Part shown: in pieces, positions 13,101 to 26,000 of the stretch | How the letters are laid out: each line of letters starts with the position of its first letter | Numbering within the stretch: position 1 is the first letter of the stretch | DNA from: Octopus vulgaris | Taxonomy: Eukaryota | Assembly: GCA_951406725.2 (NCBI GenBank) | Contig: OX597825.1 | Location: forward strand, 39,556,001-39,620,000 | Length of the DNA: 64,000 bases | Reading direction: 5' to 3' | The notes under the pieces: model-generated | The model's input: the letters and a program-made list of their open reading frames with translations, nothing else | Databases searched by the model: none | What the model was told of the DNA's origin: nothing | Translations under genes and position numbers: made by a program

Positions 13101-15278
13101 TTATCAAGAAACGTGCATAAGAAAATCCTGGCAGGTTGAAACTAACCGAAAGTAAACTGATAGAAAATTAATTGGGGTATTAGGGCCATACTATCGCTAG
13201 AAGTAATCGTTGCTTGCAAGTTTTGGACAGATATTTGACGGGTCTCTGTCAAATATTGATATTTCGATCTGAGAAAGAAAATAAAAGAAAATCTCAAAGC
13301 AATGAATTTAAGAAAGTGGAAGTAGGAAGGTAGACTCCTGATTCTGTGGCTTATAATTCGGAATGGATGTTATGAATAATATGACGTCTCGCATGTCACG
13401 TTGAAGAACAAACCTTCAAAGATATTATCTGCAATTATTTTCCATTAAACGTGGACGATCTTGTCAGCATTATGTTCTGTGTTTATCATTTTTACAACAC
13501 AAAGTGGCTGTATACGGAAAAGATTTTGAATATGAATTAGATAGTAGTCACAGAATATAATTCCCGTTCATTTATTGATGACAAAGATCTATTCGGTGAT
13601 ATGGATTAAAACTGATATCAAATAAGTGGCAGGACACTCAAAATGTCCACACCATGTAAACAAACGCCGTTGATTTGAACTACGGATATATACTCAAGTA
13701 TGTAGCTATTGTATACAAAGAGCATGTGTGTTCATGAAAACGATTGCCATATTTATCAAGGCACACTGGAATTAAATTATCCATTCTCGTCACACTCACT
13801 TGAAGAAAGGCTGAAAATACGTTTCTATTGCAATCTTTTAAACTAACATCTGTTTACCGACTGATGTGCTACTTCAATCCTGATAATTTTTGAGAAAAAG
13901 CGTTATGAAATGTAGTGTACCAAGTAAATTTTGATTGGTCATGAAAAACACACATAAATGATTTCCCATTTCTGTGGATGAATAAGAAGCAAGATCTGTG
14001 CAATTCACTTTTTTCAGCTACTGATATTTGATGTCATAAAATGTGGAAGCTCAAAAGAAAAAAATGTGATATTTTATAGACTGCTTGTCACTATTATCTA
14101 AAATCAATATGCGGAGAAATATTGTAACTATCTTTACAGGCTGCTCACTCGTCACCGCTTCTGAAATTATATATACATGTGTACACAAACACACACGAAC
14201 ATACAGATATATATACTCATACAACTTATGATGTATCACATCATGTATCATACCCTTCATTGTCTATTTTCTATTGAATACTACTACACCTATACGTCTG
14301 TATACCTATGTGATGTATAAATTCATTAACCCCTCATTCATTGTCAAAGAATTCGCAGTTATCCAAAATATCAGCTGCTTAAATATATATTATCATTTCG
14401 TTTTCAAAATTCAGGCATTGATTCGGTAGTTATTTAGGATCATTTATTCGTAATATTATATCTGAATATACAGTAATATCTCACATTGATGTTTCATAGT
14501 TTAGAGCAACCACTTCCCTTCGCAAATATCTCTATTAAGAGATTGTGTAACTGATACTCATAAATGTCAGACAATAAATTTTGCAACAGCATACATCAAC
14601 ATAAAGTGGAATTTAAAACTTTGCAGCAAAATTTGAAAATTGTCAAAAGAAAGTAGACAGCGCACCTCAGAGTATAAATCTTTATATGAAAGCATGAAAG
14701 ACAATAAAGAAACATAACTGTTACACTTTTCTCTTGCAAGGACGTTAAAGTCAGTGACAGCTTTCATGCTAAAGATGGATTTTAGCAGCAAGAATATATT
14801 TTACATATTCTGTTAAATGATATTATTGTATTTAATGTCACTTTTGGGGATTCTAGTGCAAGGCCTTATGAAATACTATATTCTCGTTAATTTTATATGC
14901 ACTACTTCTTCTACGACACTTGTACATATTTTTCGGTAAATCCCAACGGCAAACGACATCTAGGAGCCCTGAAACTCAGTTGCAAAAATCAACATAAGTC
15001 TTTCCTCCTTGAAGCCGGAATCTATCCTACACACATGGGAAACAGAAGCTGCTGGCCATCCATCTTGTCGAAAATCATTTCATTTCGGTTGTTCCACATT
15101 CGGAGAAAAGAGATAGACTGGAGAAGAAGCCAAAAACAAATCTACTCTACATGCCTGACATGCGATCAATGACCGAGACAATTTTCTTACCACCGGACTT
15201 TCTAAGCGAGTCATGCCAGGTTTCAGCATCATGTATATACGGATTGAACCAAACTCGGATACGAGTGGTGCTTGCGAC

Positions 15279-15315
<37 letters not shown>

Positions 15316-15402
15316 AAATATTAGGGAATAAATCCAAACTTACAGGGAAAAATCAGATTTAGGATTAAATCCAATTTTATAGTAAAATATATTATATTAT
15401 AT

Positions 15403-16684
15403 TGTTACGGTTTAGCTGGTGCATTTCCCGGTGACCCACATTGGAATTATGGTTCCGGCATGTCTAGTAGAAAAGTGACAGTGTTTTGTTTAATGGAGGA
15501 CTAATGGGTTTTGGAATGACCTGTGACCTTGTGCGGGTGAATTAGGGGGCGCTCTGGACACCCCTTGAATATGTATTGAGAGAGGATGAGGGGGCAGAGA
15601 GGGACAGGCAGAGAGTATGGTAGAGCTGTCAAGAGAGGGTAATAGGCAGCAGGCGATAGAGATAAGCAGTAAGAGAAAAGGGACAGATAGAGAGGGTAGG
15701 GGACAGTAGGCGATAGCGATAGAGTAAGAGCAGAGGGCAAATAGAAAGGATAAGCAGTAATGGACAGATTGATGATATAGATAGAGTATAGGGACCAGGG
15801 CAGTTAGAGAGGGTGTGAGCGGTACAGAGGGAGATGAGGGAGTGGAAGTCAGGACAAGGAAGTGAGTTTCTGGGCAGTCGTTGAGCGGTCGTCGAAGAAC
15901 ACAGACGCATCTTGCAGTCGGTGGTCGGTCCTCGAAGAACACAGTCGGATTCTTGGAAATTAGGAGCAAGCGGTGGAATCTTAGGAGCAAGTTGGGATGC
16001 GAGAGAACTTGGCGGCACAGAAGGGAATATGTACAGGGGAATTAGCGGTACGGAGAGATGAGGTGCAGAATGGGACACTGGCGATTCAGTTGGGAATTAA
16101 GGTATGTGATTGTGTATTGATGCGTGTCACGATGTAAAGAGACAGTGAAAAGAAATGAACAGTGAAAAGAACAGTCAAGGACTTGTCGATATGTCGATTG
16201 TGGTATTTATGTTCAGAATTGTGTTGATATGTGTAGAAAAAGATTATAAAGAACTGTGAACGTTATCTGTTGATGTGATTTGGGAAAAGAACTGTGTCTT
16301 CGGACGTGTACCTTTGAAATACTGTATATGACTTGTTGTGTCTCCGGACTGTTATATTGTTACATGCTGTTGTATTATGCTTTGATCTGTTGTATGATGT
16401 ATTGAGTAGTCACGTGCATGTCTTCCATTAAATGTCTGCCTTAAATGTATTTGATGTGTAGCAATTGTAATTGTCGTATAAACTGTTGTTTGAATATAAG
16501 CCAGTGTTGCCAGTTGTTGCCTTGCCTCTTTGGGTTGTATCTCGGGTTGTGCCTCTGTATCTCTGTGCTGTTGAGGCTGTGGCAGTATCTATCTGTATCT
16601 CCTCCCTCCGCCTCCTTGGGTCCGTGGCGAACTGGTGGGCCGTTCGGGGCGGGCGACGACGACGGGTGATTCCGTTTCGTAACA
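15403..16684. mobile_element. Solo LTR (1282 bp)
   Basis: Termini TGTTACG...CGTAACA; 4-bp TSD ATAT at 15399-15402 and 16685-16688; higher GC than the flanks. Confidence 0.8.
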
Positions 16685-16745
16685 ATATTATATTAAATTA
16701 GAGATAAAACCATTGCTAAACATCGCTAAGATAAATATTTCCATT

Positions 16746-16815
16746 AACCTGAAGATTGACTGTAACCATAACTCGAATTATTACGAATTGTACAGCCATG
16801 AAACGATCGTAGTGT
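16746..16815 (+). ncRNA. Hammerhead motif (canonical CTGAAGA core) in a pLTR-like fold-back
   Basis: aac-CTGAAGA-ttgactgta...tacagccat-GAAAC GATC GTA-gtgtt; weak stem I; inverted arms at about 16685-16715 and 16928-16958. Confidence 0.6.
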
Positions 16816-16949
16816 TTTACTCTTTATCTTTTATTAAACTTTTAATACATTTCATATATATTTAAAATAATATAAATTAATTAATTTTATGTATTGGCTT
16901 ATGTTTTTCATTGTTTGATTTGCCTAATAGTGGTTTTATCTCTAATTTA

Positions 16950-16980
<31 letters not shown>

Positions 16981-16993
16981 GTAATATGTATAT

Positions 16994-17024
<31 letters not shown>

Positions 17025-17388
17025 CATATATATATATGTATGTATGTATATATATATATGCATATATACATACATACATGTACATACTTACATATATATG
17101 TATATACATATGCATATGTGAGTACAGGACGTCATGAAACGTAAACAACATGGAAAAGGAGAACGTGAAATAAAAGCATGGAAAATGAGCTTTTTTGCGA
17201 ACAACGAAAGAATCAAATAGAAAAACAAGAAAGTCAACGTAAAGGACAATCCCTTATCTATATGTATGTGTATATATGTACGTATGTATGTATGTATGTA
17301 TGTATGTATGTATGTATGTATGTATGTATGTATGCATGTGTGTGTGTGTGTGTGTGTGAGTGTGTGTGTGTGTATGTATATGTATATG

Positions 17389-18084
17389 TACTAGCTGAAG
17401 TACACCGTAATAAGTTACAGTTAATAACATGTCTGATTATAGCCATGAAAGATATTTTGTCAACTTTCTATATTTAAAAAAAAAAAAAATTATATTGATC
17501 GGTAGGACCAATCTGAAGAAAAAATTAATAGGGTCAGGTAGTGAACCCGTGTCGGCATCATTTTTGTGCATGTGCGTAATATGGCAAAATTTTACGCTTT
17601 GGGGCAGATTCCGTCAAATTGATGTCACGAAGTCTAGTGCGCAAGATCCTTACATTTTGCTTGAGAAATATAATGCCCTTACCTAATCAAATTCCAAAAC
17701 GCTGTGAAATTAAAACAACGAATCGAATAATAAGTTTTAGGAAATCAAAAGAATTCGCATTGAAATGAATAATTATCAAATGCTAAATAGATTACCGTTA
17801 ATATGCTGTGTGTTTATACCCATGAAATATTTTTTGTCAAATTTCGGCAGTTTTCGTCAAATGGATGTCACGATAGCTAGTGCTAAAAATGCCGAAATTA
17901 TACGATTTTCGAAAAATCAATGCTGATTAAAAATCGATTTTTTATGAAAACTGTGTGCGTAATTGACGGTATGGGCATACGCCCCACACACGTGTTAAGT
18001 TTCATCAAGGTCTGTTGGATAGTCTCGGAGGAGTTAAAGTAACAAATTCACAAACACACAAACTTGCCATTTATTAGTATAGAT
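17389..18084 (+). mobile_element. Non-autonomous Helitron/HINE-like element
   Basis: Starts tactagctg; ends acacacaaacttgccatttattagtatagat; internal duplicated block cgtcaaa.tgatgtcacga at about 17612 and 17855. Confidence 0.5.
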
Positions 18085-18625
18085 ATATGTATCTATGCTA
18101 TAATGGATAAAAGCTGCTTATTAATTAGGTATATGACAATTATTAAAGGTACTAAGAGAAGGCATTTATTAAAAGGTTGACTGTCTGGAAATATTTTTAT
18201 AAATTCAAGTTCCAACAAATTTCCTCTAATTTCGATTTGTCAAGTTCATTAAATTTCTTGCAAACTTGAATATTCATTGCATTCACTGCGTCTAATTCTT
18301 AACAAATTTAAATATTCATTGCATTCAATGCGGAATATTCCATTTTCATTTGAAAATTCTCTCACCTTCTCTTGTAAGTTTCAATTCGCTATTTTGAAAC
18401 ACGACAGCTTGTTCTATTATTACAAACGTAATGTAAAATATAATACTTACTGAATCAAAATTTTTAAGAATACACGTATAATTTTTGAACGTGGGATAGC
18501 TGTGAGAAGAGCCTAGAAAGATGAGTAATTACTATTAGAAAACGAGGAGAAAAATCATACCGACAAGTGCTCAAATCTTGCAACTTATTCAATCTTTCCA
18601 AATAATCTATACCACTAAGCCAATA

Positions 18626-19904
18626 CGAGGGACGTTCAATAAGTAATGCCTCTGACCCACTTGCAGTTGTTGAATTTTGCATGTGCAATCATTTATATCT
18701 CTATAGAGAAAGTGGCAAATTACAGCTCTGAATTAATTGTGGTTTCTGATTTACAGGTGTTTGAACCGAGTCAAGTGTGAAATGGAGCCTGTTGAGTGTC
18801 GAGCAGTGATCCGGTTTTTGTATTTGAAAGGACGCACACCACGGGAGACTTTTGATGAAATGAAAGTAACTTATGGTGATGATGCCCCATCATATGGCCT
18901 TGTAAAACGCTGGCATCGTGAATTCAAACATGGTCGGAACTCTGTGGATACTGCTCCCAGATCTGGTCGCCCCTTCTACCATTGATGAGGCATCTGTCCG
19001 TCAAGTTGAGGCTGCCATTTTGGAAGATCGACGCATAATTATTCGCCAAATAGCCCATGAGGTCAAGATTAGTACCGGGTCTGTGGAAACTATCATTCAT
19101 TACCATTTGCATATGCAAAAGGTGTCTGCCAGATGGATTCCCAGGTTGCTGACGCCTTTCCAGAAGCAAGAACGCGTCGAGTGCTCGAGGGTGAATTTGG
19201 AGATGTGCCAAGAAGATGAGTCAAAATTTTTCAAAAGACTGATTACACAGGATGAAACCTGGGTCCATCACGATGATTCAGAGACCAAAGCCCAGTCAAT
19301 GCAGTGGAAGCACCGTGACTCACCCCATCCAAAGAAGGCAAGGGTGTAGCCCTCCGCCGGCAAGGTCATGCTCACTGTCTTCTGGGACCAGGACGGACTA
19401 GTGATGACAGATTTCCTGGCAAAGGGTACCACAATTACAGGAGCCTATCATGCTTCACTTTTGAGGAAATTAAGAGAAGTTATCAAAATCAAGAGGCGGG
19501 GCAAGATCAGCAAAGGCATCCTCCTCCTGCAGGACAACGCTCCGGTCCACAACTCACTTGTCGCCAGATCAGAAGCACAGGCGTATGACTATGAACTCCT
19601 CCCCCATCCCCCTACTTTCCTGACCTTGCACCCTCTGATTTTCACCTCTTCCCAGTCATGAAGTTGTTTTTGAAAGGAAAGCGTTTCCCAGATGATGCAG
19701 CCTTGATTTCTGAAGTCACGTTCAGTTTGGAGGACCAAGCTAAGGTCTTCTCCAAAAACGGTCTCCAGAGCTGCATCAAACAATGGGAGAAATGCGTAAC
19801 TCTGGGTGGTTCCTATGTAGAAAAAGCCTAATAACTGTGCCAAGTTTCGTTGCTCTACTGCTATGGGAAGTGGGTCAGGGGCATTACTTATTGGACGCCC
19901 CTCG
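18626..19904 (+). mobile_element. Full-length mariner DNA transposon (1279 bp)
   Basis: TIRs cgagggacgttcaataagtaatgcctctgacccactt / aagtgggtcaggggcattacttattggacgcccctcg; TA target duplication on both sides. Confidence 0.95.
18782..19831 (+). pseudogene. Mariner DD34D transposase pseudogene
   Basis: MEPVECRAVIRFL, WIPRLL, TQDETW, LQDNAP and HPP..PDLAPSDF motifs spread over frameshifts, with a TAG at about 19347. Confidence 0.93.
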
Positions 19905-21338
19905 TATATACACAAACGTGTTGCACCAGTGACTTCAACAATGACACACCAATACAAACTCGCGCACACACATAGATACACATACATACAAATAAAAGGC
20001 AATGAATGTGTGCATATATGTATGCGTCTGTTGTTCACTGACAAAACTTCGTGCTCTATCACTTCTGTGAAATTTTGTCAGTGAACAGGTTGCTGTTTCA
20101 AAAGGAAGGAAATATTTTGACACAAATGAAATATTAATGTTGAAGTGAAACTAATCTTCCACGCTGCAATTGGTTTCTTTTTTTTTTCAGCACACGATCT
20201 CAGATCCAGTCACTTGCTATGCACGTACATCGCCGTGTTTCTTTAAGTCACTGTGAATAAATGCTAGCAATGAACTTCTCAGGCTCTCCAATATTTTAAT
20301 TTCTAAACAGAAACAATCGGGAGCAGGGACTGGGGTTGCCACGTTTCATAATTCTAAACTTTTCTCTTTATAGCATATAAAGGTATTTCTGGGAAACAAT
20401 TATTTAAAAACTTTAATACAAGCGCGAGTGATAAAGAAATGAAAAGGGTTGTTTTGAATGTCCTAGAAACAATAGCGAAATCGCCCTTAGATCACTCATT
20501 TTTCACTCCGAAAACATTATCAATTTTTTTTACCGAAAATTGTCTTCCAATCGTTTTGAAGTGCAAACAAATATTGGCCAAGTGTGGGATAATGAAGGAG
20601 CTGGGTGTAAAGAAAAGAATTTTCAAAACTTTTTCATATAAAGATGCTTGCCCTCAACCCCAAAATTTCGAAAGCTCTTAAATTTCTTTATAATCATAAT
20701 CGATGCCCTTGCAGGAGATTTGTATCAATGATCATAAAATGATATCCATCTTCCTGAAAGATATAAGGAAAAACAGTTAGATCGTTGGAATATTCGAAAC
20801 TCCTCTCTCTATCCCTCGGAAAAATTATTTCCAATAAATCTCTAAATACTCTGACGCGGCAACATTTAAGCAGTATTTGTAGACAATTTTCTTAAAAAGT
20901 AAGTATTTTTCTGGATATTACGAGGCAACAAAGCCGGGTGGCGTATACATCTGTAATAATGCGATTTTTCATTTCATATATATTTCCCTCATTGCTTGCA
21001 ATGTTCTCATTCTTCCCCTCTGTCTCACTATTACATATACACACACTGCAAAGCATACAAATGGGCTGCTGAATGAAATATCTATGTTGCTTTGAGTGAA
21101 AGATATAAACTTGACAAAATTCCCCCCCTCTTGTTGGACTACCGTAATGTTTGTTAAAAAAGGGAGATTATGACTTTGATAAAATAATGAAAGCAATAGT
21201 TACAAAGTAATTTATCACTTTTATACAAAGAAATAATTTGACGTAACATATAAAATTTCTTAGAATTGGAAATAAAATGTGAAAATATTATGGGGGCCAG
21301 CATAAAACCGCCCGGAGGGGCGTTCTTTCTGCAATAAT

Positions 21339-21407
<69 letters not shown>

Positions 21408-21485
21408 CGAAATACACAGTTATATCTTGAGATTGCTAGTAATAACAATACTCCAAATAGCATACAGACTTGAATTGTAGTGATT

Positions 21486-22323
21486 CCACTTCATAATTTG
21501 AGCGGAGGCAATGCGAGCAGGAAATGAAGGAACGTTACTAAGACCCACACTCAAAGATCAAATACATATGTATATATATTCATATATTCAATTATATCTA
21601 CAGAATGGATATAAAATTCGACTTATATAAATATAATAATATATATATATAGATAAAACTCATATAATATAAATATATAAGAATCAATGTTACATACAAA
21701 ACACAGTGAATTTACGCCTAAAGGAATAAAACATTGGCATAATTAAAAATTTGGGATAATAAAACATAAAAAGTACATATTAAAATGGCGTATTAAAATT
21801 CCAGAGAAAATACAAAAGTTTTCCTCTACAGCCAGCCGGAGACGCGCCAGTTAATATTATACATTTCATATTTTCGAAAGTGACACTCCCATCATCAGGA
21901 TATTATTTACAAACAACACACAATACATAGAAACAAATGTACAATTACATATCAGCAATATAAGACAATTTTGTAATTTTTGTAATATTTTTTTTCGGTA
22001 TTTTTTCTGGAATTAATACGTCATTTTAATATGTCCTTTCTATGATTTATTATCCCAAATTATTAATTATACCAATGTTTTATTACTTTAGGCGTAAATT
22101 CACAGTCTTTTGGATGTAACACAGATTCTAATATGTTTATATATATTATATCATTTTTATCCATTTATATATGTTATTTTATTTATATATGTCGAATTTT
22201 ATGTTCGTTCTGTAGATATAAATGAATATATGAATATATGCGTGTATTTGATATTTGAGAGTGGATCTTAGTAATGTTCCTTTAGTTCCTGCTCGCATTG
22301 CCTCCGCTCAAATTAAGAAGTGG
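21486..22323. repeat. Fold-back element with about 330-bp diverged arms
   Basis: ccacttcataatttgagcggaggcaatgcgagcagg... versus ...cctgctcgcattgcctccgctcaaattaagaagtgg; about 170-bp spacer. Confidence 0.88.
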
Positions 22324-22844
22324 TATATATATATATATATAATGCATATCTATGTTTGTATGCGTTTCACCCGATATATCCCCACTTTACTCCGTTGATT
22401 TATAAAATGTTTACTGGGTGCATATGACACTTAATTCTAAGGACCTATTCTTAAATATCTTCCTATTTATATCACACAAGGCAAATGAGCGAAATTAATT
22501 CTGGCTTAGTTTAATACCTGAAAATCATTATTCTCAATTCAAACGTTGGGATTGCCCTTTGGTCGATCTGATTAGGGACATTAGAGCCATATCATATTTC
22601 TTACAACTTCCTTTATTATTCATTTTACGCAACGTTAAATGATCTTACCAAATGTCTAAGACTATCTATACCATTATACTGAGTTCGCTTCAGATTTTAA
22701 TGGTTCTAATAACTTGAATAAAGCTGCATGGTCTTGTTTTTAACCATGGTTCTATCCAGATATCGATGAAGAAACGAGATGCAAGTAATAAGTGCATAAC
22801 AGCCAAAATATATGTTAGACAGATGCATGAACTTAATACACTGT

Positions 22845-23047
22845 GGGCACATGGCCCGAAATATAGCTGAGAAGGACTAATCGGTTACATCGTCCCCAGT
22901 GTTTCATTAATACTTAATTTATCGAGCCCGAAAAGGTGAAAGGCAAAGAAAGTCGACCTTGGGGAATTTGAAATCAGAACTTAAGGACGGACGAATTGCC
23001 GCTAAGCATTTTACACGACACGCTTAAGATTTTCCAGCTCACCGCCT
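22845..23047 (-). mobile_element. tRNA-derived SINE
   Basis: Minus head ggcggtgagctgg; same body as 9471-9615. Confidence 0.7.
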
Positions 23048-26000
23048 TATAAATAACTGTAAGAAAACGCTGTGTAGATGGATGGTTTTCCTTATTTATT
23101 TGAATTGTGCACATATGCACACGCGCGCGCACACACACATGCAATCATGTAGGTATATATGATATCATTCTGTAACTTGCCCGCAACATGTTTTTCTTCA
23201 GTCAAGTAGCTTGCTGTTTCATAACAATTAGTTAATTATTTCACAATTATTTATTTGAAATTCGGATGATTCAAATGCATAATACACCATCCCGGATTAG
23301 TATAAACTGAATGTAATAGAAAGCAATAAGCATAGTTTATTATACGAATGTTTCTATAACCTTAGTTTATTATACGAATGTTTCTATGTAGGGCTAATTA
23401 TATTTTGCGATTGATATGTGACAGTCATAATTCAACGAGTGAAAATATAGTTATAAACAACACTGTTTCAATTCTTTCACACGGTTACAATATGTTAGAG
23501 AAATTTGCATAACGTATTTTACACAGCTGTGTACGAATATTGATTATCATATCTTTCGTATAAACGTTTTGTTTGTTGTAATTAAGGTAACGGATGTTTT
23601 CAGCTGAACTTCCCTATGAACTATGGCAATGATCTTGTATCGGCTTAATAGTTTACTAGCATGTTACTACGTATTATCATTCTAGACATAACGTGTTTTA
23701 TTCAATTTTTTTCCTAATGGATACATATTGGCTGCGTGATGCATGTATTATGTAGTCAGTGCAATTTTGTTTAAATAAGAAAACAATCTCATATAATTAA
23801 CTTGTCATATGTCCTAGCTTGATATGCATATAATAAAATGCATGTTTACAAATTTACATATATCAAATGCCATTAGAGTTCCCTGCTAAAGAAGTGCCTA
23901 AATTATTGAAGAAAAATCGCGTATAGAGTTAAGAAATGAAAACGTGATATATTTTAACTTCTTAAGAAACATACTTAATGATGTGACTTTCGAAAGTGAC
24001 ATATCTGACACCGAAGTGTATGTAAGTTTTTGAAACTTATCACCCGGTGTATTAATTTAAATATGATGCGAAGTGCATTGCCTTAGTTTCGTTATGCTAA
24101 CGTGATTGCTACTGACTTTTTTTTACTTTAATTTTGAGGAGCAAGTTGATATTTTAATACATATCGACACTTCGTTTATGCATATTACAGTAATAAACAA
24201 TAAAACAGAAAATCGAAACGTAGTGAAATAAGAATGTATTGAATAATTCGATATTTTCTTACAATCTAGCGTTTCTATATATATAAGTCAGAATATCTTG
24301 AATATCCGATAGAATTTTTCATTATTTCGTCTGCATTTGAAAGAATGCTTCATGATTCGAAACCTCTTAGTAGTTTCCATCTGAATTATATATATTTGTA
24401 AATTAACATAATGATCATAATTTTTTCTACATATTTTAAAGACTATGTCTAAGATGTTGTGTAACAATACAAATACTCACTTCAAAGTTAGCTGTCGGAC
24501 TACTTGATATCAGTTCGTGTTTCTTATTACAGAAACGGCTACACAGTGTAAAAACGGTCCTATTTTATTTAAAAACATATATTTGAAATGTATTTAAGCT
24601 TTTCTAATGATAATAATAACACTTATTAATATGGAAGCATTAGCTTTTTTCTGTATATGCCATTATTTAAGATATTTCGTTTATTTTATGTATTAATCAC
24701 AAGCTTTATGTAACACAATATTATCTGTATGCTTCATAGATTATTAATGTCCATCCTTTGTGAGAGACTATTCTTTATATTAAACACTTACATGTACAAC
24801 AGATGTCATTAACAGTTACATATACTCCTTTCCTTTCATGCTTGAAAAAGGGCCACATGGGACATAAACGGTGAGTTTATTTTTTTATTGCCCTTTTGTA
24901 ATATATTCTCTAATACTTAAACAATAATATTCTTAAATATATTTTCCGGGTAGTATGGAATTAGTATTTTTTTTTAACTCGAGGAGAAATTTTGGTCTGT
25001 CTGTATTTTGCATCCAACGATCGTATTATTCCGCATGCGTCTTCTATTTCGATGCCTAATGGATATAATATCACGAGATTTTAGTTTTAGTATTTCTTTT
25101 CAGGCTGGCGTGCTTCCAAATTCCACAATCTGGTGGATACATGCAGTTGAAAGTGGACGACGGTCACAATATCTGATAATCAATTATAAAGGCAAAAAAC
25201 TGGTACAGCAGTACATTTGAGGGTATAGTGCCTTAAGAAATTTACGGAGTGAGATATGAGATTGATATCTACAAGCGCACTATCAATACTCGGAATTACA
25301 TCATTAATGGAAACTGAGTAACGTGAAAAAAACTGAATTTCAAGATAAGTTTTCTGACCTGTTGAGACGAAGTGTCGTGGGAAGCTAGGTATCGATAGCT
25401 GTACCTATTAAGCGCATCAGAATGACTTTATCTATTTAAAGTCTAACTCAGGTGTAAGAGTCCTGCTATCGAATTAAACGTAACATAACAGAAGACACAA
25501 ACCTCTTAATCGTAACACTTCGGATATACTTCAACAATGAATATGTACAACTTTGAAAAGAGTTAACTAGAAAACACATCATCAGACACTGAGATGAAAT
25601 AAATTATGCCACATGGATGAAGAAGCATATCAATTTCGGTACCAAGCTTCTATTACATTAATGATGAGAAAATGAAGTACCTGGATTCAGACATGGGTTT
25701 AGTAAACGAAACACGTTGCTTGAGAGCGCTGGATGAGAAATGAACAAAAGGTTATTTTAATTACTTCACAGGAACATCAAACAGAGATCATCACCATTGC
25801 TTCGTTATGGATGGAGAACATCTACAATGCAGGATTTTGACAGAACGGTTGCTCTCAACGTCAGAATACGCTGAAAGAATAAAAAAGGCTGGTGTGTACT
25901 TGCTATGTGAATTATACATCTGGCACTAAGTAATGAGAGCATTTAACTGTATCAGCTTAACATATTGCTTGCCATGAGCCCCATTTGGCGATCTGCTAAA

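Noticed and set aside
15490-16685. ORFs of 85-166 aa
   Set aside because: They lie inside the solo LTR, are compositionally biased and show no domain
21820-21902. Hammerhead in the fold-back spacer
   Set aside because: CTGATGA is present on minus but GAAA and stem III are missing; at most a remnant
23333-23387. 25-bp direct repeat
   Set aside because: Simple local duplication with two copies only
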